This document shows, piece after piece, positions 1 through 9,016 of a stretch of 64,000 bases of DNA (position 1 is the first letter of the stretch; each line of letters starts with the position of its first letter). The stretch covers positions 544,001 to 608,000 of the forward strand of contig JBGPIA010000001.1 in the NCBI GenBank assembly GCA_041484665.1. Direction: 5' to 3'. Below the pieces are notes generated by a model. It made no database searches and was not told the origin of the DNA. It worked only from the letters and a program-made list of their open reading frames with translations. The stretch comes from Candidatus Krumholzibacteriia bacterium. GTDB taxonomy: Bacteria; Krumholzibacteriota; Krumholzibacteriia; JAJRXK01. A program made the translations under genes and the position numbers.

Positions 1-158
1 CGCAACAGACGCGCGGCGTGGGGCGCGCGGCGTGGGACGCCCGCCGAGCGCGCTCGGCGGGCGGAACTGAGCGCGGGCGGCCAGCAAAGGCGGACGGCCC
101 CAGCGACGGCGACACCGGAGACACCGGCGCTGTGCCGCGCAGCTTTGGAGGAAAGGAC

Positions 159-1790
159 ATGAGCAACGGCACCTTCCACGCGCCCACTCCGCGCAACGAG
201 CCGGTGCGCTCCTACGCCCCCGGTAGCCTTGAGCGCATTGGCCTCAAGCGGCAGCTCGCATCGATGCTGGGGGAACAGATCGAGATCCCGCTGCGCATCG
301 GTGGCAAGGACGTACGCACCGGAGACCTGGGCGACTGCCGCTGTCCCCACGACCACGCCGAGCTGCTGGGCCGATTCCACAAGGCCGGCGCCGCGCAGGT
401 GCAACAGGCCGTCGACGCCGCCCGCGCGGCGCATGGCAGCTGGAGCGAGCTGCCGTGGGAGGCCCGGGCGTCGATCTTCCTGAGGGCCGCCGACCTGTTG
501 GCGGGCCCCCACCGCGACGTATTGAACGCGGCCACCATGCTCGGGCAGAGCAAGAACGTGCTACAAGCCGAGATCGACAGCGCCTGCGAGCTGATCGACT
601 TCTGGCGCTTCAACGTCGGCTACATGGAGCAGCTCTACGGGCAGCAGCCGCAGTCATCGCCGGGCGTGTGGAACTACCTGGATCACCGCCCGCTGGAGGG
701 CTTCGTCTTTGCGGTGACGCCGTTCAATTTCACCTCCATCGCGGGCAACCTCCCCACCGCGCCCGCGCTGCTGGGCAACACCGTGCTGTGGAAGCCAGCC
801 AGCAGCGCCGTGTACAGCGCCCACTACATCCTGCGCGTGCTCGAGGAGGCCGGCCTGCCGCCCGGCGTGATCAACCTGATCCCGGGCAGCGGCGCTGCGG
901 TCGGCGATCCCGTGCTGGACAGCCCGGAGCTCGCCGGCATCCACTTCACGGGAAGCACCGCGACCTTCCAGGCCATGTGGCGGCGCGTCGGCGGCAACAT
1001 CGAGCGCTACCGGTCCTACCCGCGCATCGTGGGTGAGACGGGCGGCAAGGATTTCGTCTTCGCCCACCGCAGCGCCCACGTGCCGTCGTTGGTGACCGCG
1101 CTGGTGCGGGGGGCCTTCGAGTACCAGGGGCAGAAGTGCTCGGCGGCCAGCCGCGCCTACATTCCGGCCAGCCTGTGGGACGAAACCAACGAAGCGCTGA
1201 TGCAGGCGGTGGCCCAGATCCGCATGGGGCCGCCCACCGACTTCCGCAACTTCATGTGCGCGGTGATCGACAAGTCCGCCTACGAGTCCATCATGGGCTA
1301 TGTGCAGCACGCCAAGCACAGCAAGGATGCCAAGATCCTGTGCGGTGGCGAAGGCGACCCATCGCGCGGCTGGTTCATCCAACCTACGGTCGTGCAGGCC
1401 CACAAGCCCGATTTCAAGCTGCTGTGCGAGGAGATCTTCGGGCCCGTGCTGACCCTGTACCGCTACGACGACAGCAAGCTGGAGGAAACGCTGGGCCAGT
1501 GCGATACCGCCTCCCCCTACGCCCTCACCGGCGCCGTCTTCGCGCAGGATCGTGAGGCGATCGTGCGGATGGGCGCTCGGCTGCGCTACGCGGCGGGCAA
1601 TTTCTACATCAATGACAAGCCCACCGGCGCGCTGGTGGGCCAGCAACCGTTCGGAGGGGCCAGGGCGAGCGGCACCAACGACAAGGCTGGGAGCATCCTC
1701 AACCTGCTGCGCTGGACGAGCCCGCGGGCGATCAAGGAGACGTTCGTCCCGCCCGCGGACTTCCGGTATCCGCACATGGCGGAGGAGTAG
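159..1790 (+). CDS. pruA: L-glutamate gamma-semialdehyde (P5C) dehydrogenase
   Basis: Aldehyde dehydrogenase motifs PFNF, FTGST, ETGGK, GQKCSA (catalytic Cys), EEIFGP and QPFGG. GGAGGAAAGGA lies before the ATG at 159. Confidence 0.95.
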   Translation: MSNGTFHAPTPRNEPVRSYAPGSLERIGLKRQLASMLGEQIEIPLRIGGKDVRTGDLGDCRCPHDHAELLGRFHKAGAAQVQQAVDAARAAHGSWSELPWEARASIFLRAADLLAGPHRDVLNAATMLGQSKNVLQAEIDSACELIDFWRFNVGYMEQLYGQQPQSSPGVWNYLDHRPLEGFVFAVTPFNFTSIAGNLPTAPALLGNTVLWKPASSAVYSAHYILRVLEEAGLPPGVINLIPGSGAAVGDPVLDSPELAGIHFTGSTATFQAMWRRVGGNIERYRSYPRIVGETGGKDFVFAHRSAHVPSLVTALVRGAFEYQGQKCSAASRAYIPASLWDETNEALMQAVAQIRMGPPTDFRNFMCAVIDKSAYESIMGYVQHAKHSKDAKILCGGEGDPSRGWFIQPTVVQAHKPDFKLLCEEIFGPVLTLYRYDDSKLEETLGQCDTASPYALTGAVFAQDREAIVRMGARLRYAAGNFYINDKPTGALVGQQPFGGARASGTNDKAGSILNLLRWTSPRAIKETFVPPADFRYPHMAEE

Positions 1791-1793
1791 ATC

Positions 1794-2228
1794 TCAGTCG
1801 AACGCTCCGTGAAGTGAGACGGCGGCCGCGACCAGCAGCAGGGCGCCGGCCGTCAGGAGCCCGAAGGTGAGCGGCAGGGCCGCCCGCAGCAACGACGCGG
1901 TCTTGGTCTCGTAGGGCACGTAGCACACCGCCACGATCTCGTTGCGGGCGATCTCCATCCGGCGCGGCTCCGATCGCTTCACCTCGCCGCCGACACCCTG
2001 CAGCTCCCATCCGGTCCCGCAGAGCGACAGGGGACTGGCGTCGCGCACCTTCAGCTGCACGTACCGCCCACCGGCCAACGTGACGACGATCGTGTCGTCC
2101 TCGCCCACCCAGCGCAGTCTCTCCTGCGCCTGTGTTGCGGAGCAGGCCGAGAGCACCTCCACCGCTGGCGGCCGCGTGGCGCAGCCGCTTGTCATGAGCG
2201 CAAGCAGCACCCAGGTTGAGGGGGTCAA
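1794..2228 (-). CDS. Hypothetical membrane protein / possible lipoprotein
   Basis: Hydrophobic N-terminus ending in MTSGC and a C-terminal hydrophobic helix. It fills the gap after the NHL operon. Confidence 0.5.
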   Translation of the reverse strand: MTPSTWVLLALMTSGCATRPPAVEVLSACSATQAQERLRWVGEDDTIVVTLAGGRYVQLKVRDASPLSLCGTGWELQGVGGEVKRSEPRRMEIARNEIVAVCYVPYETKTASLLRAALPLTFGLLTAGALLLVAAAVSLHGAFD

Positions 2229-2291
2229 CCGGACCAGCTGGCCTCGCCCGCCTCTGGGGATTCCGCCGCACCACTGCGCAGCTCTGGTGAT

Positions 2292-3533
2292 TCAGGACAC
2301 CACCTTCACCCTGCGCACCACATGGTTCCCCGTGTCAGCGATGTAGAGCACGTTGTTCGCGTCCACGTAGATCCCGGCCGGCGCGTTGAGCTGCGCGGCC
2401 GTTGCGAGGCCACCGTCACCGGCGAAGCCAGCGGAGCCAGTGCCGGCCACGGTGTCGATCGTCCCCAGCGGACTGACCCGGCGCACCACGTTGTTGGCCG
2501 TGTCCGCGATGTAGATCGAGTCGTCGGGCCCGATGACGGCGTCGCTGGGCAGGTTCAGGCTCGCGCTGATCGCGGCTCCGCCGTCGCCCGCGTAGGCCGC
2601 CGTGCCGTTGCCGGCGATCGGGCTGATCTCCCCCGTGCTGAGGTTGATCAGACGCACGCGATGGTTGCCGGCGTCGGCGATGACCAGGCGAGCGTAGGCA
2701 TGCGCTGGTGCGGCGCGCGGCGGGGCGCTCGGCTTGCCCCCTGCCGCGTTCGTGGGCGCCGCCGCTTCGGTCTCTGGAAACGTAATGGAGATCTTCGGAG
2801 TGCGTCCGGCAGGGAAGTTGAGCTGCGCCGACTGCGCCGACCCCCCATCGCCGCCGTAACCCTCCCCTCCGATGCCCGCATAGGTCGTGATGATCCCTAA
2901 GGGATCCACGCAGCGGATGCGATCATTGCCGGTGTCCACGATGTACAGGATGCCCAGGTTGTCGTACGCCGCGGAGGTGGGATGGTCGAGCTGCGCCTGC
3001 GGCTGACCGCCCACGGCCGGCCCGCCGTCTCCGGCGAATCCGGCGGTTCCGGACCCGGCGATGGTCTCCACGTTGCCGTCGGTATTCAGCCGGAGGACGC
3101 GGTGGTTGTTCTGCGCCGCGATCACCAGCCGACCCGACAGATCCCAGCCGACGCCCGTCGGATCGTTGATGTCGCACTGCAGCGCCGGGCCCGCCGTCGC
3201 GTTGCCCGCCGTTCCGCTGCCGACGCTCGTCTGGATGGAATTGGAGGTCAGGTTGCAGCTGCGCACGCGGTGGTTCAGGGCATCGATGACCACTAGCTCT
3301 CCCGCGGGCCCGAGCTCCGCGTCCTGGGGAGCGTTCAGGTGCGCCGCGGTCAGCGCGAGCGCGTCGCCGTTGAAGCCGGAAGTGCCGGGGACGCCGACGA
3401 TCGTCGTGATGATCCCGTTGTCGTTCGGCGGAGGGGTCGTAGACGGACCGCTGCTGTCGCTGCAACCGGCGCTGGCGATGCAGAGGACGGCCAGCAACGC
3501 TGGGGCGATCTGCGTGGCGGTCGAGAGCTTCAT
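2292..3533 (-). CDS. NHL-repeat (beta-propeller) lipoprotein 4
   Basis: Repeated GxAGFAGDGGPA..LxxP...YIADTxNxxVR blades and lipobox-like SAGC. Start at 3533, alternatively 3557. Confidence 0.88.
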   Translation of the reverse strand: MKLSTATQIAPALLAVLCIASAGCSDSSGPSTTPPPNDNGIITTIVGVPGTSGFNGDALALTAAHLNAPQDAELGPAGELVVIDALNHRVRSCNLTSNSIQTSVGSGTAGNATAGPALQCDINDPTGVGWDLSGRLVIAAQNNHRVLRLNTDGNVETIAGSGTAGFAGDGGPAVGGQPQAQLDHPTSAAYDNLGILYIVDTGNDRIRCVDPLGIITTYAGIGGEGYGGDGGSAQSAQLNFPAGRTPKISITFPETEAAAPTNAAGGKPSAPPRAAPAHAYARLVIADAGNHRVRLINLSTGEISPIAGNGTAAYAGDGGAAISASLNLPSDAVIGPDDSIYIADTANNVVRRVSPLGTIDTVAGTGSAGFAGDGGLATAAQLNAPAGIYVDANNVLYIADTGNHVVRRVKVVS

Positions 3534-3637
3534 CTGTGCGGCGTCCGCTCGCAGCATGGGCTGGACCTCGCGATCGTGGGGGTTGGTGGCCTGTGGATCC
3601 TCGACGTCGTGGTGCGCGCGGTGACGCGGGAGGGCAT
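3530..3637 (-). CDS. Candidate 35-aa small ORF (MPSRVTARTTTSRIHRPPTPTIARSSPCCERTPHR)
   Basis: GAGGAGG directly upstream. Its TGA overlaps the ATG of the next NHL gene (ATGA). Confidence 0.3.
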   Translation of the reverse strand: MPSRVTARTTTSRIHRPPTPTIARSSPCCERTPHR

Positions 3638-3645
3638 CGGCCTCC

Positions 3646-4848
3646 TCAGTGGGCGATCCTGCGCACGCGGGAGCTCTGCATGTCCGCGACCCACAGGTCA
3701 CCCGCCGCATCGAAACCGAGAGCCGCGGGCTGGTTGAAGCCGGCGCTCAGAGCGTCGACTTGTTCGCCTGCGTAACCGCGGACCCCTGTGCCGGCGAAGG
3801 TCGTGATCACCCCACCCGCGGATACCCTGCGGATCCGCTGATTGCCGGTGTCGGCGATATACAGCGCTCCGTCGGGCCCGATCACTGCGTCGTAGGGCAG
3901 GGTCAGCCGCGCCTGAGCGGCCGGGCCCCCATCGCCCGAGAATCCCTGCTCGCCCGTCCCGGCGACGGTCGTAATGATGCCGTTGGCGTCGATGCGCCGC
4001 ACCGCGTGATTCTCGGTGTCGCAGACGTAGAGGCTGCCGGTGGGCGCATGGTAGCGCACGCGGTAGGGGTGACGCAGCTGCGCCTGGGCGGCCGGTCCGC
4101 CATCGCCGGCATAGCCGGGCGCACCGTTGCCGCAGAGCGTGGTGATGATCCCCGCGGCGTCGATCGCGCGCACGCAGCTGCGCGCGTTGTCGACGACGAA
4201 GACGTTTGTCCCGCCCGGGTCGACGGCCACGCCGGTGGGTGCATCGAGCTCGGCCTGGGTCGCCGGGCCTCCGTCCCCGCTGTATCCGACGGTCGCGCTG
4301 CCTGCGAAGATGTGTACCAGCTGCCCGCTGTCCACCTTCAGCACCTGCGGCTGGTGATTGCCTGCGATGTAGAGGTTCCCTGCAGCGTCGTATGCGAAGG
4401 AGAACGCGTGGTGCAAGGTCGTTTGCAGCGCAGGAGCGCCCTCCACCACCGGTCCCTCGTTCCCATTGCCCATGATCGTGCGCAGGCGGCCATCGACGTC
4501 GAGGCGGCGGATCCGCTGGTTGTTCCAGTCCAGCACCAGCAGCCTTTGCTGCGCGTCGAAGGTCAGGTCGATGGGATAGTAGAGCGCCTCCTGCAGCGCC
4601 GGCGCGCCCTCACCGTTGAACGCCCGCTCACCCGTGCCGACCACCGTGCAGATCGTGCCCGAATCGCTGCAGGCTCGCTGCGGCTGGCTCTCGACGAGCG
4701 CTCCGAGGTCCGAGCATGCGCCAAGCAGGATTGCGATCGAGAAGGCGGCCGCCGCGGGGGCGGCCGCCCAGAATCCGGCGATCCAGGGCGTCCCGCGCAC
4801 TGCCCCCCGCGGGGCGACGCAGCAGCTCCCTGAAGCACCTTGGATCAT
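3646..4848 (-). CDS. NHL-repeat lipoprotein 3
   Basis: NHL blades, LDWNNQRIR motif and lipobox LGAC. ATGA overlap with the upstream gene. Confidence 0.9.
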   Translation of the reverse strand: MIQGASGSCCVAPRGAVRGTPWIAGFWAAAPAAAAFSIAILLGACSDLGALVESQPQRACSDSGTICTVVGTGERAFNGEGAPALQEALYYPIDLTFDAQQRLLVLDWNNQRIRRLDVDGRLRTIMGNGNEGPVVEGAPALQTTLHHAFSFAYDAAGNLYIAGNHQPQVLKVDSGQLVHIFAGSATVGYSGDGGPATQAELDAPTGVAVDPGGTNVFVVDNARSCVRAIDAAGIITTLCGNGAPGYAGDGGPAAQAQLRHPYRVRYHAPTGSLYVCDTENHAVRRIDANGIITTVAGTGEQGFSGDGGPAAQARLTLPYDAVIGPDGALYIADTGNQRIRRVSAGGVITTFAGTGVRGYAGEQVDALSAGFNQPAALGFDAAGDLWVADMQSSRVRRIAH

Positions 4849-6296
4849 CGATGCACGACCCGGATGCGGTGGTTCTGGGTGTCGGCGATGTACAGATTGC
4901 CGTGCGCATCGAAGGTGATGCCGGCCGGCCGGTTCAGCATGGCGGCCGTCGGGGGGCCGCCATCGCCGCCGTAGCCGCGCCCCTTGCCCTGTCCAGCGAC
5001 CGTCGTGATGATGCCGCTCTGGTCGACCTTGCGGATGCAGTCGTTCCAGGTGTCGGCGATGTAGAGCTCACCTTCGGGGCTGAACGCGATGTCTGCCGGC
5101 CAGAACAGGTGAGCGGCGGTGGCAGGGCCGCCGTCCCCGTCGAATTCCCCGGCGCCCCCACGCCCGGCGACCGTGGTGATGATCCCATTCTGGTCGACCA
5201 TGCGCACCCGCTGGTTCGCGCTGTCGGCGATGTACAGGTTGTTGTCCGGCCCGATCGCCAGGCGCGACTGGGGCTCGGCGGCCTGGCCGCCCTGCGCGTA
5301 GATCTGGGCCTGCGTGGCGGGTCCGCCGTCACCCGCGAAGCCGGCAATCCCGGTCCCGACGACCGTGGTGATGGTGCCATCCAGCTCGATGCGGCGGACG
5401 CGCTGGTTCTCCTGATCGGAGATGTACATGCGCCCCTGGTTGTCCCAGGCCGTCGAGCTGGGCAGGTTCACCGAGGCCCCCGCGGCGAGCCCGCCGTCTC
5501 CGGCGTAGGTGCGGCGTCCATCGCCACAGAAGTTGTCGATCTTCCCGGTGGCGAGATCCATGCGCATGATCTTCGAGTTGTGCCAGGCGGACAGGATCAG
5601 GCGGCCCTGCGGATCGAACGAGATGTGCGTGGGGTGGTTGAGCTTGATCTCCTTGGCATTCCAGGGCGGGGACGGGATCGGGTCGCCGCCGGGCGAGCCA
5701 TCGCCGAGCTCGCCTGTGCCGATGATCGTGCGCAGCCCGCCCTTGTCCAGCACGCGCACACGGTGGTTGTTCCAGTCCAGGATGTAGGGGATGCCGTCGT
5801 CCGGTCCGAAGGTCAGGTCCTTCGGCCAGTAGAACTTGGCCTCGAACGGGCCGACTCCGTCCTCGCCCATCGCGGCCTCGCCCGCGCCGGCGTAGGTCGC
5901 GATGAAGCTCGGCAGCGTGCTCCCCGCCATCCCCGCGTACAGGCGCGACTCGCCGCCGGCGTTGAACGCCCTCACGTGGTAGGTGTACGTGGTGGCGGCT
6001 GCGGCGCTCGCGTCGGTGTAGGTCGTGACGTTGGCAGCGACCTCCCCCAGCTTGGTTGCCGCCTGCGGCTGCCCATAAGGCTCGCGCCAGATCCGGAAGC
6101 CGTCCTCGTCGGACGCGTTGTCGGTCCAGCTGATCTGGATGCTGGCGTCCGACAGCCGGCTGGTTTGCATGAGGCTGGGCGACTCGGGCACTGCCGGCAG
6201 CTGGGGAGCCTCGGAGTCGTTGCTGCACGCGGCGATGCCCAGGAGCAGGAACATGGCCAGCGCTGGTCCCAGTGACAGGCGCGTCATCGTGTTCAT
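4845..6296 (-). CDS. Fibronectin type III + NHL-repeat lipoprotein 2
   Basis: Lipobox IAAC, FN3 segment (ISWTDNASDEDGFRI...YTYHVRAFNAGGES) and NHL blades. Confidence 0.92.
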   Translation of the reverse strand: MNTMTRLSLGPALAMFLLLGIAACSNDSEAPQLPAVPESPSLMQTSRLSDASIQISWTDNASDEDGFRIWREPYGQPQAATKLGEVAANVTTYTDASAAAATTYTYHVRAFNAGGESRLYAGMAGSTLPSFIATYAGAGEAAMGEDGVGPFEAKFYWPKDLTFGPDDGIPYILDWNNHRVRVLDKGGLRTIIGTGELGDGSPGGDPIPSPPWNAKEIKLNHPTHISFDPQGRLILSAWHNSKIMRMDLATGKIDNFCGDGRRTYAGDGGLAAGASVNLPSSTAWDNQGRMYISDQENQRVRRIELDGTITTVVGTGIAGFAGDGGPATQAQIYAQGGQAAEPQSRLAIGPDNNLYIADSANQRVRMVDQNGIITTVAGRGGAGEFDGDGGPATAAHLFWPADIAFSPEGELYIADTWNDCIRKVDQSGIITTVAGQGKGRGYGGDGGPPTAAMLNRPAGITFDAHGNLYIADTQNHRIRVVHR

Positions 6297-6332
6297 CTCT
6301 CTCCCTGATTCACGGAGCCGGTCGAACTCCTG

Positions 6333-7583
6333 TTAGAGGTTCACCCGCCGGAAGCGGTGGTTGTAGGTGTCGGCGATGTAGAGATGGCCCTGGCCGTCGA
6401 TTTCCAGGCCGGCCGGCTGGTCCAGCGACGCCTGCGTCGCGGGGCCTCCATCGCCTTCCCCGCCGGGCTGCCCGTTGCCTGCCACCGTATTGATGATCCC
6501 GGTCGCGATGTCCACGACGCGCACGCGATGATTGAGCTCGTCGGCGATGTAGAGCTTGTCCTGGTAGACGACCAGATCGCGCGGGTGGTGGAGCGTCGCC
6601 GAAGTCGCCGCGATCGCGTCACCGGTGTAGAGCGAGTCACCGGTGCCGGCAAACGTCTCGATGCGATTCAGCGCGAAGTCCACGCGGCGGATCCGGTTGT
6701 TGAGCGTGTCCGAGATGTACAGGCGCCCTTGCGCGTCGAACGCGAGGGCCCCGCCCGGCGGCGGGTTGGTCCCGTAGGGCATATTGAGCTCCGCCTGCGC
6801 GGGCGGCCCACCGTCGCCCTGGAACCCGCGTGTGCCGTTTCCGACCACGGTCGAGATCGTGTTGTCGGTGGCGATCTTGCGCACGCGCTGATTACGCATG
6901 TCCAAAACGTAGAGCGCGTTGCCCGGGCCCACGATGGTCTGGGTCGGCTGGTTGAGCAACGCAGAGCTGGCGGGCCCGCCGTCTCCCCTGAATCCGACCC
7001 CATCCCCGCACGCGATCGACACGAGCCCCGTGGCCGGATCGTAATGGCGCAGCTTGTGGTTGTGCCACGCCGTCAGCATCAGCGTGCCATCGGGCAGCGG
7101 GCAGAGGTGGGTCGGATGATTGAGATTCACCTGCGTCCCCGGCCAGCCCGGCAAGGTGAACTCTGCTCGGTCGTTGGGCGGCTCCGGCCCGTCGCCGAGG
7201 ATGTCCGTGCCGATCACCGTCTGCAACGTGCCCTGCGGCGTGAGATGCCGCACGCGGTGGTTGTTCCAGTCGAGGAAGTACCACTCACCGGACGGCGTGT
7301 ACGTCAGGTCGATCGGCCAGTAGAACTTCGACTGCAAGAGCGTGTGGCCGTCGCCGTCGTACGCAGCTTCTCCGGTGCCCGCGAACGTGCAGATCGTAGC
7401 GGGCGTGTCGCTGCAGGTCACGGCCGGAGGGTTGGGCGTGCCGGTCGTGCTGTCCGAGCAGCCCGCCAGGACGCCCCCCAACAACCCCGCGCCCACCAGC
7501 AGAGCTGCGGCTTGCAGAGTGTGGGGAGCTGCGGGGTGCAACCCATAAAGGCGCGGCCGCAGCCGCGAGGATCCGCGATGCAT
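6333..7583 (-). CDS. NHL-repeat lipoprotein 1
   Basis: Lipobox LAGC, FYWPIDL/LDWNNHRVR motifs and NHL blades. Start moved to 7583 because the 7688 start lies inside the predicted promoter. Confidence 0.88.
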   Translation of the reverse strand: MHRGSSRLRPRLYGLHPAAPHTLQAAALLVGAGLLGGVLAGCSDSTTGTPNPPAVTCSDTPATICTFAGTGEAAYDGDGHTLLQSKFYWPIDLTYTPSGEWYFLDWNNHRVRHLTPQGTLQTVIGTDILGDGPEPPNDRAEFTLPGWPGTQVNLNHPTHLCPLPDGTLMLTAWHNHKLRHYDPATGLVSIACGDGVGFRGDGGPASSALLNQPTQTIVGPGNALYVLDMRNQRVRKIATDNTISTVVGNGTRGFQGDGGPPAQAELNMPYGTNPPPGGALAFDAQGRLYISDTLNNRIRRVDFALNRIETFAGTGDSLYTGDAIAATSATLHHPRDLVVYQDKLYIADELNHRVRVVDIATGIINTVAGNGQPGGEGDGGPATQASLDQPAGLEIDGQGHLYIADTYNHRFRRVNL

Positions 7584-7678
7584 GGGACCTCCCGGAAAAA
7601 CAGGGGGACGCCGACGTGCCCTGGGCTCCCAGGCGCGGGGGCGCGCGAGATCCAGGCCCCGAGACCTCCGGCCCGCGG

Positions 7679-7707
7679 AGTCTATCACGCTCGCGTTCGT
7701 GAGTCAA
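7679..7707 (-). promoter_or_regulatory. Sigma70-type promoter of the NHL operon
   Basis: TTGACT-N17-TAGACT with a TG extended -10 on the minus strand. Confidence 0.65.
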
Positions 7708-7727
7708 ACTCCTTGACCGTCCTTGCG

Positions 7728-8702
7728 TTACGCCTGCTCCGGCGGGGTCTTGGACGGCTCCGCCGGCGCGGGGGCAGCGGCGATCGGCCGTTTTGGCCGC
7801 AGCAGCGAGGCGGCAACGCCCCCGCCCAGCAGCGTCGCCACGACCGCCAGCGAGGCGCCAATCGGGATGTGGACGAAGTTGCTGGCGAGCATCTTGCCGC
7901 CGATGAACGTCAGCACCAGGGCCAGCGCGACGTTCAGGTAGTGGAAGCGTCCCATCATGCCCGCCAGCAGGAAGAACAGCGACCGCAGCCCCAGGATGGC
8001 GAAGATGTTCGATGTATAGACGATGAATGGATCGCGCGTGATGGCGAAGATCGCTGGGATCGAGTCGACGGCAAAGACGATGTCGGTGGCCTCCAGCGCC
8101 ACCAGCACGCACAAGAGCAGCGTGGCGTGGCGCCGGCCCGAGTCCTGCACCACGAAGCGGGCTCCCTCGTACCGGGGCACGATGGGCACGATCCGCCGGA
8201 ACGCTCGCAGCACCGGATTGCGCTCGGGGTGGACCTCCTCGTCGCTGCCTCGCAGCAGGCGAATTCCCGTGTAGATCAGGAAGCCACCGAAGACGTAGAT
8301 GATCCAGTCGAACGCGCTCAGCAGCGCCGCGCCGGCCCCGATGAAGATGCCGCGCGCCACCACCGCCCCCAGGATGCCCCAGAACAACACGCGGTGCTGG
8401 TACGACTTCGGCACTCCGAAGTAGGCGAAGACAACCAGGAAGACGAAGAGATTGTCGACCGAGAGCGCGTACTCGATGAGGTAACCGGTGAAGAACTCGA
8501 GCGCGCGGTCGCTGCCGGCCTTTGCGTAGAGGATGCTGCCGAAGACCACCGCCAGCGAGATCCATGCGAGAGTCCAGCGCAGCGCCTCGCGGGTGCGGAC
8601 CTCGTGGGCCCGGCGATGGAAGATCCCCAGGTCCAGCGCCAGCGTGATGACGACGAACGCGCTGAAGCCTGCCCAGAGCGCCGGGGTGCCGATGGTGGCC
8701 AC
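7728..8702 (-). CDS. TerC/Alx family membrane protein
   Basis: EYALSVDNLFVF, QHRVLFWGILGA and DIVFAVDSIPA motifs. AGGAGG precedes the GTG at 8702. Confidence 0.93.
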   Translation of the reverse strand: MATIGTPALWAGFSAFVVITLALDLGIFHRRAHEVRTREALRWTLAWISLAVVFGSILYAKAGSDRALEFFTGYLIEYALSVDNLFVFLVVFAYFGVPKSYQHRVLFWGILGAVVARGIFIGAGAALLSAFDWIIYVFGGFLIYTGIRLLRGSDEEVHPERNPVLRAFRRIVPIVPRYEGARFVVQDSGRRHATLLLCVLVALEATDIVFAVDSIPAIFAITRDPFIVYTSNIFAILGLRSLFFLLAGMMGRFHYLNVALALVLTFIGGKMLASNFVHIPIGASLAVVATLLGGGVAASLLRPKRPIAAAPAPAEPSKTPPEQA

Positions 8703-8963
8703 GGAAGCCGTTCCTCCTGGGAGCGAGGCCGTGCGTGGGGCCGGGTGGCCTTCGCCTTGCGGCAGCGCGCCGTCGCGGCGCGGCGCGGCCCCCGCTCCCG
8801 GCCGCAGCCGAGCTCGGACGGCTGCCCCGATGGAGCCTGACGGCGCGGTATCGCCGCGCCAGGTCGCGCATTCTGGCGCTGTTACGTCCTTCACGCAAGC
8901 GCGGGCCCGCCCCCGACCGGAGCCGCTCGCCGTGCGCGATCGGCCGCGGAGCATGCGGGCCAG

Positions 8964-8992
8964 TTGACAGCCCTCGCGATCGAAGGTAGGTT
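8964..8992 (+). promoter_or_regulatory. Sigma70-type promoter of the APC transporter
   Basis: TTGACA-N17-TAGGTT, ending 24 nt upstream of the ATG. Confidence 0.65.
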
Positions 8993-9016
8993 GCCGCGGC
9001 TCGCGGAGCCCCCTCC

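Noticed and set aside
8890..9016. c-di-AMP (ydaO) riboswitch upstream of the kimA-like gene
   Set aside because: The predicted promoter leaves only about 18 nt of leader, and no consensus is visible.
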